DNA from: Candidatus Peribacteraceae bacterium
GTDB taxonomy: Bacteria; Patescibacteriota; Gracilibacteria; Peribacterales; Peribacteraceae
Assembly (NCBI GenBank): GCA_030750465.1
Contig: JASMHZ010000001.1
Location: 47,203-110,012 of the forward strand
Reading direction: 5' to 3'
DNA: 62,810 nt
Part shown: one piece after another, positions 53,285 through 61,026 of the stretch
How the letters are laid out: every line of letters begins with the position of its first letter
How positions within the stretch are numbered: the first letter of the stretch is position 1
Notes under the pieces: model-generated
Databases searched by the model: none
What the model was told of the DNA's origin: nothing
Seen by the model: the letters and a program-made list of their open reading frames with translations, nothing else
Position numbers and translations under genes: made by a program

Positions 53285-53342
53285 TTTGCTTCTTTCTTTT
53301 GTATTAAGACAAAAGAAAGAAGAATAAAGAATTTAAATTAAA

Positions 53343-55052
53343 CTACCAAGAATAGTATGTACCTCTTACGACAGGAGAACTAAACGGAACCCATTGGAAT
53401 GTACTAGTTCCATCTGTCCAAGTAATGTCTCCGGCTGATCCGATTCTTCCAGGATTGCTTATAACCACCTGAAGACTGGGGCGCTGAGCTCCATTCGGAA
53501 TCGTAACATCTCCGTAAAGCACCAAAGTTCTGGGAGAACCTTTGAAGGTACCAAAGTTCGCGGGTATTGATGAACAAGTGACGGAAGTTCCAGCAGTTAC
53601 ACAACTCAAACGATCAGTTGATCCGGGCGTACTCATCTCCACATTAGAAACTGTTACGCCGTCTCCAAGGCCAAGGGTGAATACAATATCAGTTACACGC
53701 AAGTCCGATGTACCACCCGAAGTCACCCCTGCAAATTTAAATGATCCTATTGGAATATCGGTACCGGCAACCAGAAGTTCTTTAGCTGACCCGGCATTAG
53801 AAACACCCCCGACCACGGATTGGCTTGTTTCATGCTCAGGGGAATCGTCTGAGGACCCTTGATTGTATGAACGATTGCTCCAATAGCCGTCTCCTTCAAT
53901 ATTTATTCCCTGAACTTCAACGTCTTCTCCGCTTACTCCTCCGCTTTTGTGCCCGCTGACTATGGCACGAACATACACATGACGTGTTTCCTGCTTTTGA
54001 ATTACAAGAGAACCATTTTTCACGTTCAAAACATAATGCCGATTACCCGCTGTCGCATCTTTATTTGCTCTACCCAGATATTTCCCATTCTCATTGTAAA
54101 CTTTCACGGCCTCGATCGAAGTAATACTGCTTGCCGCCGTAAAAATTACTGTGATCTTTGTGACATCCAAAGGCTCTGCTTCAGGAAATATGGATACAGC
54201 CGCAAGTGCGGGAGAATCTTCACCCAAAAGAATGAATCCCGGCTTCCTTGTGGCATCAGGATCGGAATCATATATAGAGGAAACAGAAGAATCAGAGGAA
54301 CCAGAAGAAACAGATGATTCGTCTTCATCGATGCTAGTAGAATTATCTTCTTGCACCTCTTCTGTTTCTTCTGTTTCTTTTGCTTCCTCTGTTTCCTTTT
54401 CATGCAATCCTAATTCAGCATCAATTAACTTCTGAAGCTCCCCTTGATCAAGCGCCACAAACCGCGCAACCAGTCGGCCAACCTGTCCGCGAGTAAGTTT
54501 GTGTCCGGGAACTAAGTTCAAATCTAAATTACGGCCTTTCGCTGCACGAATATATGGTTCATACCATTCCTCTCTGCATTCAATACAAAGATCTGGTTGG
54601 ATATCATAAATATTAATTAGAACCTTGAGCGCTTCCTCGTATTGAACTGACCTTGATGGCTCAAAAAACCAAAACTGCGGATCAACCCCTTCCCTAGAAT
54701 TACCATGGACTATTCCATACTGCTTAGCTCTGCAAATCGGCTCTGCAAACCATGCGTCGGAAGCAACGTCTGGAAAACATGAAAGAATAATTACTTCATC
54801 GATAAAGGAACGACCTTGCAAACCTTGATGCAAAAGCATCGTTATCTTCATGAACTCGGCACGATTAAGGAGTTTGTTGAATCTAAACGACCCATCCGGA
54901 TTGCCATCCAGTATTCCTTCTTCTGTAAGAGCGCCGACTGAAACTTTCGTAGCGAGATCTGGAGCAGAGTCTGTGTAAGGAAGCTCAGTATCGTACGAAA
55001 GTGCAAAAGCAACAGAGGGTATTAGGCCGATGATGAGGATCAAGAGTCGCAT
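53343..55052 (-). CDS. secreted surface protein with SLH-like N-terminal repeats and beta-rich C-terminal region
   Basis: 569 aa with a signal peptide, SLH-like segments (..FPDVASDAWFAEPICRAKQYGIVHGN..), an acidic/Ser-rich linker ([28 protein letters not shown]) and a Thr/Gly/Ser-rich beta region. Confidence 0.65.
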   Translation of the reverse strand: MRLLILIIGLIPSVAFALSYDTELPYTDSAPDLATKVSVGALTEEGILDGNPDGSFRFNKLLNRAEFMKITMLLHQGLQGRSFIDEVIILSCFPDVASDAWFAEPICRAKQYGIVHGNSREGVDPQFWFFEPSRSVQYEEALKVLINIYDIQPDLCIECREEWYEPYIRAAKGRNLDLNLVPGHKLTRGQVGRLVARFVALDQGELQKLIDAELGLHEKETEEAKETEETEEVQEDNSTSIDEDESSVSSGSSDSSVSSIYDSDPDATRKPGFILLGEDSPALAAVSIFPEAEPLDVTKITVIFTAASSITSIEAVKVYNENGKYLGRANKDATAGNRHYVLNVKNGSLVIQKQETRHVYVRAIVSGHKSGGVSGEDVEVQGINIEGDGYWSNRSYNQGSSDDSPEHETSQSVVGGVSNAGSAKELLVAGTDIPIGSFKFAGVTSGGTSDLRVTDIVFTLGLGDGVTVSNVEMSTPGSTDRLSCVTAGTSVTCSSIPANFGTFKGSPRTLVLYGDVTIPNGAQRPSLQVVISNPGRIGSAGDITWTDGTSTFQWVPFSSPVVRGTYYSW

Positions 55053-55267
55053 GAGGCCGGGAGTATAGCAGTCTCATGATTCACCTGCATCCCCAGAAGC
55101 TACATCTAGCGCCCAACGGGGCCATTCTCTCGTAATATTGTAATGTCTCATACAATCCGCAGCTGATATTTGACTGTGGACTAATTCCAAAGCTGGCCCC
55201 CTTCTGGCCTCATCTAAAATTGATGAACGCGCTTTACTCGTGCTCAAGCAGATGTCAATATTTCATT

Positions 55268-56101
55268 ATGGAATCTCTGTCCGATCGAGTCCGGCAATTC
55301 TGCTCTGACCATAATCTGAAACTAAATAAACACTTAGGTCAGCATTTTTTAATTGATCAATCTATACTGGATCAGATTATTGAATCAGCCGAGATTGAGG
55401 AGACTGACCATATCGTTGAAATCGGACCTGGCATTGGGATTCTTACCGCTGAATTGCTCAAAAAAACCGGAAAAGTGACTGCTATTGAGCTCGACAAGCG
55501 AATGATTCCACTACTCCAAGAATTTACCAACCGACAACCTAAACCTAACAACCGATTGACGATTATTAATCAGAACGCCCTCCAAACTCCATTTCCTGAC
55601 GAAAGATACAAGATTGTGGCGAACATTCCCTATCACATAACCTCCCCATTGCTAAGACATGCCTTTATGGAATCAGAGCGTGCACCTGAGTCTTTGACCC
55701 TTCTGATCCAACGCGAAGTTGCCGAGAAGATTTGTGATGAGAAAAGCGCCGGATTGCTTACAATCCTTGTAAACCTCTTTGGTAAGCCAAAAATTGTGAC
55801 TAAGGTACCTCAGGAAGCATTTTTGCCTCCTCCAAAAGTAGACTCCGCAGTTTTGCATATTGAGTGTTTCGATAAACCTTTGGCCGAAAAGCCTATCTGT
55901 GAAGAAATTTTCAAGTTGACGAAAATCGCATTTAGCCAGAAACGTAAAATGCTTAGGAAAACATTGGGAGTGTTCCGCTTTGGAGCGGAACGTCTTTCTG
56001 CGCTAGGGATAGACGAAAAACGCAGACCCCAAGAACTTTCTACTCGCGAGTGGGTTGATTTGGCTACTAAATGGCATGAGGATGATATGAATGAAACCTG
56101 A
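55268..56101 (+). CDS. rsmA: 16S rRNA (adenine1518/1519-N6)-dimethyltransferase RsmA/KsgA
   Basis: ATG 55268. LGQHFLID, VEIGPGIG and NIPYHITSP motifs are present. Confidence 0.9.
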   Translation: MESLSDRVRQFCSDHNLKLNKHLGQHFLIDQSILDQIIESAEIEETDHIVEIGPGIGILTAELLKKTGKVTAIELDKRMIPLLQEFTNRQPKPNNRLTIINQNALQTPFPDERYKIVANIPYHITSPLLRHAFMESERAPESLTLLIQREVAEKICDEKSAGLLTILVNLFGKPKIVTKVPQEAFLPPPKVDSAVLHIECFDKPLAEKPICEEIFKLTKIAFSQKRKMLRKTLGVFRFGAERLSALGIDEKRRPQELSTREWVDLATKWHEDDMNET

Positions 56102-57581
56102 ACGTATTGCCTATATTTTCCTTGGCTCATTTCTGACCTCGGTTTTTGTGCTTAGGTGGTGGCAAGAATCTTCTTATCCCCTGACCTTGTGGCTGATAAT
56201 CTTGTTTGTTTTTTTGAATTTAATAATCTTCAAACAAACACGACAAATAATAATTCCAATAACTCTTGGACTTCTTATTGCATTACTGACTGTACAACGA
56301 ACAGCTCATACCAGTTCTCCGGAAACAATAGATTGGTATGCGAACGGATCTAAAGTAATTATAAGAGGAATAATTTCTGACGAACCTGACCGTCGTCCTC
56401 TTCAAACCAAATATACAGTCGAAGTTTATAAATTTACAAATTCTTCCGGAACATTGATGCCAGTCGAAGGCAAAGTACTCGCAACTGACCATAGTCAGTG
56501 GCCGGAATTTAATTACGGAGATGAAGTTGAGGTTTCAGGACAGCTTGAACGTCCCGGAACTATCGAAAAATTCAGTTACAAAAACTATTTAAGTCGTTTT
56601 GGAATCTTCAGTGTCATGTATCGAGCCAAGTTAGACAAAATTACCGACGGAAACGGTAACTTTATCTTCTCCAATCTGTTTACAACCAAGAAAACATTCG
56701 AAAATCAGATCAATAAGCTTTATGCAGAACCACATGCATCATTTTTGGCAGGATTACTGACCGGATCACGCAAAGGTATACCCGAACATCTGATGGAAAG
56801 CTTCAATACAACGGGACTGACACACATAATTGCGATTTCCGGTTACAACATTACAATTATTATTGCAGTAATTGGTGGAATGCTCTTTTGGTTACCACTT
56901 AAGTGGAGGTTCGCACCTGCAGTCACCGCAATAATTGCGTTCACCTTCTTTGTTGGAGCAAGTGCAGCAGTAGTTAGAGCAAGCATAATGGGAATATTGG
57001 GGCTGATAGCACTTCAAACTGAACGATTGGCACACACAAGACTCGCAGTACTCTGGACTTTGTTCTTTATGCTTGTTTGGAATCCTAAATACCTCTGGTA
57101 TGACGCGGGGTTTCAGCTTAGCTTCCTTGCAGTGATAGGTCTGATGGAGATTTCACCTCATATAGAGAAGTATTTTAAGAAGATTCCTCCAAACTTTGGA
57201 ATAAGAGAGGCTCTTATGATGACAATCTCTGCACAAATCTCTGCAGTCCCTCTTATTGTTCTGCTTTTCGGAAGACTTTCGCTTATTGCACCTATCGCTA
57301 ACGTACTTTCAGCCCCTGCAATCCCCTTCGCAATGCTTTTTGGCTTTGTTGGTACTGTTCTAAGTTTCATTTGCTTCCCACTTGGACAACTCTTCGCATA
57401 CATTGGCTGGGCTTTTCTGGAATGGATGGTTATAACTGCAACTTGGCTGAGTAAGATTCCATTTGCATCGGTTGAAATTCCAAAAGTCGGAGTAGTAATC
57501 ATAATAATCTACTATCTGGCTCTGACTTTGTGGCTGATTAGGAAAAACAAAACGTGTCATGGTTCTTTTAGCTCACCATGA
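56091..57581 (+). CDS. comEC: ComEC/Rec2-family DNA internalisation channel (competence domain only)
   Basis: 496 aa polytopic protein with an N-terminal OB-like DUF4131 segment and the competence block ..TGLTHIIAISGYNITII.. Confidence 0.85.
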   Translation: MKPERIAYIFLGSFLTSVFVLRWWQESSYPLTLWLIILFVFLNLIIFKQTRQIIIPITLGLLIALLTVQRTAHTSSPETIDWYANGSKVIIRGIISDEPDRRPLQTKYTVEVYKFTNSSGTLMPVEGKVLATDHSQWPEFNYGDEVEVSGQLERPGTIEKFSYKNYLSRFGIFSVMYRAKLDKITDGNGNFIFSNLFTTKKTFENQINKLYAEPHASFLAGLLTGSRKGIPEHLMESFNTTGLTHIIAISGYNITIIIAVIGGMLFWLPLKWRFAPAVTAIIAFTFFVGASAAVVRASIMGILGLIALQTERLAHTRLAVLWTLFFMLVWNPKYLWYDAGFQLSFLAVIGLMEISPHIEKYFKKIPPNFGIREALMMTISAQISAVPLIVLLFGRLSLIAPIANVLSAPAIPFAMLFGFVGTVLSFICFPLGQLFAYIGWAFLEWMVITATWLSKIPFASVEIPKVGVVIIIIYYLALTLWLIRKNKTCHGSFSSP

Positions 57582-57607
57582 CACGCTTGTAATCTTTGAT
57601 TTTTTTA

Positions 57608-58621
57608 TTAAGCCGATATTAAAGTCGCTCCAAGCTCAGGCTGTAGCGGATTGTGCACGATGATTGGGACTTTATTTTCCCTTGCAAGTTCAACAGCTGA
57701 CGGGTGAACCACGCCTGCTGAATAACCTTTCTCACCACAAGCCCTATGCGCCTGCTCATACGATAATGAAACCACTGTCTCACCTTGCGACTCAGAACCA
57801 TTCGGATCTGCGAGCATTATCGGAAAATCTTTTTCTATTGAGCATATTGCTTCTCTGCTTCTTGCTGATCTGGTAGAAACTGTGACTTCTACTGCCGTGT
57901 CATCCGAGTATCCCCTGCTATTTCCATTATGAGGGAGATAGCCGGGGAAAATTGGTGCACCACCTGTGCCATTCGAACGACAACCTCGAAGAAATTCAGA
58001 AATTGCTCCTCGTGTATAACCCCTCATAGCTTCTGTGCCATCTAATCCTCTTATTTCCTCTTCATGTTGCCTTAGGTCAAATAGCCTAAAAGGAGAATCA
58101 TCATTAAACATCTCACGAGCACGATTACAATAATTGTTAGCTGTATCTAATTCACCGACTCCGGTAATTGAACTGGGAGGCCTGTCATCCATATGAAGCA
58201 AACTGTCACATCCCGAATTAACAACATTATAACCAGTACCTCTTTGAAAAATTCGCCCTACTGCTAGATCCAGATCCTCTAACGGACCAATTGGTTTGGC
58301 AATACTTGTATAAGGACGATGAGTTCTACTTCCTTGTAAAAGCTGTTTAACAGAACGCCTCAACTCATTAATCATTGCAACTGCGTTTTCAACTTCCTGT
58401 CTACCAAGTAAGTTGCCAACAGAAATCAAATCACCTGTCATCATGCAACCCTCCCGTTTGAATGCCGAGAGAACTACCGGGTTAAATCTTGTTTCAGAAT
58501 CCTCCCGTAATCGATTAATGTGCGCTTCCACCTTACACGTCTGGCTCCCACCAATCTTTGATACAACAGGAGTATCTGGCTGTAATCCAAGAGCCTCTAT
58601 ATGTTCATCGAATGTAATCAT
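57608..58621 (-). CDS. amino-acid-kinase family protein, aspartokinase-like catalytic domain without ACT domains
   Basis: 337 aa. N-terminal VVSKIGGS, the C-terminal block RGYSDDTA..EKDFPIMLADPN..LSYEQAHRACGEKGYSAGVVHPSAVELARENKVPIIVHN, and the end ..GATLI. Confidence 0.7.
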   Translation of the reverse strand: MITFDEHIEALGLQPDTPVVSKIGGSQTCKVEAHINRLREDSETRFNPVVLSAFKREGCMMTGDLISVGNLLGRQEVENAVAMINELRRSVKQLLQGSRTHRPYTSIAKPIGPLEDLDLAVGRIFQRGTGYNVVNSGCDSLLHMDDRPPSSITGVGELDTANNYCNRAREMFNDDSPFRLFDLRQHEEEIRGLDGTEAMRGYTRGAISEFLRGCRSNGTGGAPIFPGYLPHNGNSRGYSDDTAVEVTVSTRSARSREAICSIEKDFPIMLADPNGSESQGETVVSLSYEQAHRACGEKGYSAGVVHPSAVELARENKVPIIVHNPLQPELGATLISA

Positions 58622-58630
58622 TATTAAGTT

Positions 58631-58666
58631 AAATAAAAAAATAAAAAGCCTCCCTATTTGGAAGGC
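58631..58666 (-). terminator. attenuator terminator 2
   Basis: Minus strand GCCTTCC-AAATA-GGGAGGC followed by TTTTTATTTTTTTATTT. Confidence 0.65.
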
Positions 58667-58673
58667 GCAAGCT

Positions 58674-58760
58674 TTAAGTATGGAGTCGCTTCCTCCTTCC
58701 CGGGGGGAAAGTCTTCTTTGTCTTCTTTACCAAGCCGATAGTGGATAAACAAGAAAGCAT
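58674..58760 (-). CDS. candidate Lys/Thr leader peptide 2 (28 aa)
   Basis: MLSCLSTIGLVKKTKKTFPPGRRKRLHT. The KKTKK block is encoded by AAGAAGACAAAGAAG, and GAAGGGG lies 9 nt upstream as a possible SD. Confidence 0.5.
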   Translation of the reverse strand: MLSCLSTIGLVKKTKKTFPPGRRKRLHT

Positions 58761-58787
58761 AAAATAAAACCCCTTCTCGGGAAGGGG
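58761..58787 (-). terminator. attenuator terminator 1
   Basis: Minus strand CCCCTTC-CCGA-GAAGGGG followed by TTTTATTTT. Confidence 0.7.
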
Positions 58788-58810
58788 CGCGTGTGATCTA
58801 AATTTAGGCA

Positions 58811-58879
58811 TCAACAGCAGTCCTTCCCTAGGTGGGAGGTCTTCTTTGCCTTCTTCTGGCTTGGAAGTGCTGAATGCAT
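58811..58879 (-). CDS. candidate Lys/Thr leader peptide 1 (22 aa)
   Basis: MHSALPSQKKAKKTSHLGKDCC. The KKAKK block is encoded by AAGAAGGCAAAGAAG. Confidence 0.5.
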   Translation of the reverse strand: MHSALPSQKKAKKTSHLGKDCC

Positions 58880-58888
58880 AACGAGGCG

Positions 58889-58916
58889 ACTATAACTGAT
58901 AAAATGCGGGAGTCAA
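58889..58916 (-). promoter_or_regulatory. sigma70-type promoter of the attenuator/aspartokinase-like unit
   Basis: Minus strand TTGACT (58916-58911), 16 nt spacer, TATAGT (58894-58889). The leader-1 ATG follows 9 nt downstream. Confidence 0.55.
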
Positions 58917-58920
58917 ATAT

Positions 58921-59427
58921 TTACCACTCATAAACATAAATCCTATCAGTCCCTCCAAAATGAGCGGGTACTTCCACTTCTTTAACAGGAGTTTTATCCC
59001 AAAATTGGAAGGCATGTGATATCACTTTGGTTCCGGGCTTCAATTCTTTATCAAATTTCTTACCAAGTTTTACCATAAGGCTCGTGATCATGTAGAGAAA
59101 TACACAATCTGCATCAGAAATGTCTGCCTTGAATGCATCTCCGAAACGCAAATCAACATCTGACCTCAAAAATAATTTTCTTATGCGTCCCAAGAACCAA
59201 ACTACCGGAACTATCTCGTACCCGACAGCACGAATTCCCGGATACTTTTTTTTGGCCCTGATAAGCATCCTTCCATCCCCTGACCCCAAATCATATATAA
59301 CTTCATTTCCCTTAAGCCCCGCAGCTTCAATCATCGCCATATTGGTTCTCTTTGGAGTTGGCACAAACGGAACTTTTGCCCATATCGTTCCAATTACAGT
59401 TGAAACAAATGCAAACACTATGAGCAA
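58921..59427 (-). CDS. class I SAM-dependent methyltransferase with N-terminal TM helix
   Basis: 168 aa with the SAM motif I VIYDLGSGDGRMLI. Confidence 0.75.
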   Translation of the reverse strand: MLIVFAFVSTVIGTIWAKVPFVPTPKRTNMAMIEAAGLKGNEVIYDLGSGDGRMLIRAKKKYPGIRAVGYEIVPVVWFLGRIRKLFLRSDVDLRFGDAFKADISDADCVFLYMITSLMVKLGKKFDKELKPGTKVISHAFQFWDKTPVKEVEVPAHFGGTDRIYVYEW

Positions 59428-59480
59428 GACGATGCCGTAAGTGATGTAGAGAATTATGATGGAGCTACTTTAGACTATTA

Positions 59481-59948
59481 TTAGTAACGATAATAGTATC
59501 CGGCTTTTGGTACATAAATCCTGTCATCGTAGTTTGGATAGTACCAATCATCCCGGTAATAGGAACTTCTGGAAGGACGCCTATTATTACCGTAGTAAGT
59601 ATTATTATAGTTGTACCTATTATCGTTTCTGCTGTCGTAATAATACTGATTGTTGTAGTTACGATTATTGTAATTATTGTAATTGTAACCGCAGTTTCTA
59701 TTACTGTTACTGTTGTAACGATATTGATTGCGAAGTCCTAAACCATACCCGCAGTTATTTCTGTAATTACTTCCATAGTTATTTCCGTATCCATAATTGC
59801 TCCCAAAGCAAGTATAATTGGTACACGCACCAGAGCTATCGTATGAATGGCATACGCGATCTCCGCAATACGGAGAGGCTGCAGATGCAGCAAGAGGAAT
59901 CGTTGTCAGTACCGTCGCTAGGCCGGTGATTAAGCTTAACTTGTTCAT
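59481..59948 (-). CDS. secreted Asn/Tyr/Gly/Arg-rich low-complexity protein
   Basis: 155 aa. A signal peptide (..TIPLAASAA) and a short Cys-containing segment are followed by about 110 aa dominated by N, Y, G and R. Confidence 0.6.
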   Translation of the reverse strand: MNKLSLITGLATVLTTIPLAASAASPYCGDRVCHSYDSSGACTNYTCFGSNYGYGNNYGSNYRNNCGYGLGLRNQYRYNSNSNRNCGYNYNNYNNRNYNNQYYYDSRNDNRYNYNNTYYGNNRRPSRSSYYRDDWYYPNYDDRIYVPKAGYYYRY

Positions 59949-60104
59949 AGGAGGAAAAAGGTAGTCCTGACTGTATTTAGTATCAAGCAGGGTGAATAGA
60001 CAGAGGACTTGGGTGTATGTGTGGTGTGATTATTAGAAAATTAAGCAGATATTTGTAAACAGAAAGAGGCTCATCTAGAATACTTACGAATTTCCCCCTT
60101 TTTC

Positions 60105-60749
60105 ATGAATAAAGAGTGTTCTCTTCGTCTTCACATCCTATTTGGCCTGTTTGTAGGCCTTCTGGTAGGAATGAACCTTCTTGGAAACAAGATAACAACG
60201 CTATTTGGCGTTTCTGTGTCGGTTGGAATCTTTATGGTACCTCTGACATTCCTAATTACCGACATAATTGAGGAAGTATACGGAAAAGAAGTGGTCAAGC
60301 ACTTCATAATTGCAGGGGTTCTTACGATTATATTAATGTTCCTTTTCACCGGTCTTTGCATTTGGCTTCCGCCCAACGAGAGATTTGCAAATAATGAGGA
60401 ATACAAACTCATTTTTGGATCTTCGATGAGAATTATGGTCGCAAGCGTTATCGCATTTGCACTCGCACAGCTTCATGACATGTGGTCGTTCGCTTATTGG
60501 AAAAACAAGACTCATGGAAAATTTCTATGGTTAAGAAACAATCTATCAACGTGGGTTTCGCAAGCAATCGATACATTCGTATTTATGATGATCGCGTTTT
60601 ATCACATTACAGATAAGTTTACTCTCGAGTTTATCATTCAACTTTCGATCCCCTACTACTTGTTCAAGGTTTCGTTCGCAATTTTGGATACGCCTTTCGT
60701 TTATCTAGGGGTGGCATGGCTTAAGGGCAACAAAAACAAGTCCTCTTAA
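60105..60749 (+). CDS. yhhQ: queuosine-precursor transporter (YhhQ/VUT family)
   Basis: 214 aa with six TM helices and the blocks ..PLTFLITDIIEEVYGK.. and ..DTFVFMMIAF.. Confidence 0.85.
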   Translation: MNKECSLRLHILFGLFVGLLVGMNLLGNKITTLFGVSVSVGIFMVPLTFLITDIIEEVYGKEVVKHFIIAGVLTIILMFLFTGLCIWLPPNERFANNEEYKLIFGSSMRIMVASVIAFALAQLHDMWSFAYWKNKTHGKFLWLRNNLSTWVSQAIDTFVFMMIAFYHITDKFTLEFIIQLSIPYYLFKVSFAILDTPFVYLGVAWLKGNKNKSS

Positions 60750-61000
60750 CCCTCACCCCTAACTCCTCTCGACCTCATCCCCCCGACCCCCTTCTCCTGA
60801 TCTACAATTGATCACCTAAGATTTTTCCATTTATCTGAAAAATTGATAAACAGGAGAAGGGGGAGCTATGCAGTTAAATACATTTAGCATAGTTCCCCCT
60901 CTCCTCTACTTTGTAATTACATAGACGAAGAACATTTTGTTGTTCAAAGAAGTCGGAGGAGAGGGGGCCAGGGGGTGAGGTCGGACAAAGGGGGTGAGGT
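60750..61000. repeat. compound nested palindromic element filling the yhhQ/Nramp convergent spacer
   Basis: CCCTCACCCC..CGACCTCATCCCCCCGACCCCCTTCTCCTG..CAGGAGAAGGGGG..CCCCCTCTCCTC..GAGGAGAGGGGGCCAGGGGGTGAGGTCGG..GGGGGTGAGGT. The architecture is the same as 28902-29117. Confidence 0.85.
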
Positions 61001-61026
61001 TGTAAAGCTCACTTAATTAGCCAACT

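Noticed and set aside
59949-60104. I looked for a preQ1 riboswitch upstream of the yhhQ transporter.
   Set aside because: There is no P1 hairpin followed by the A-rich CUA tail typical of preQ1-I. Only a weak AAAGAGG/CCCCCTTT pairing is present.
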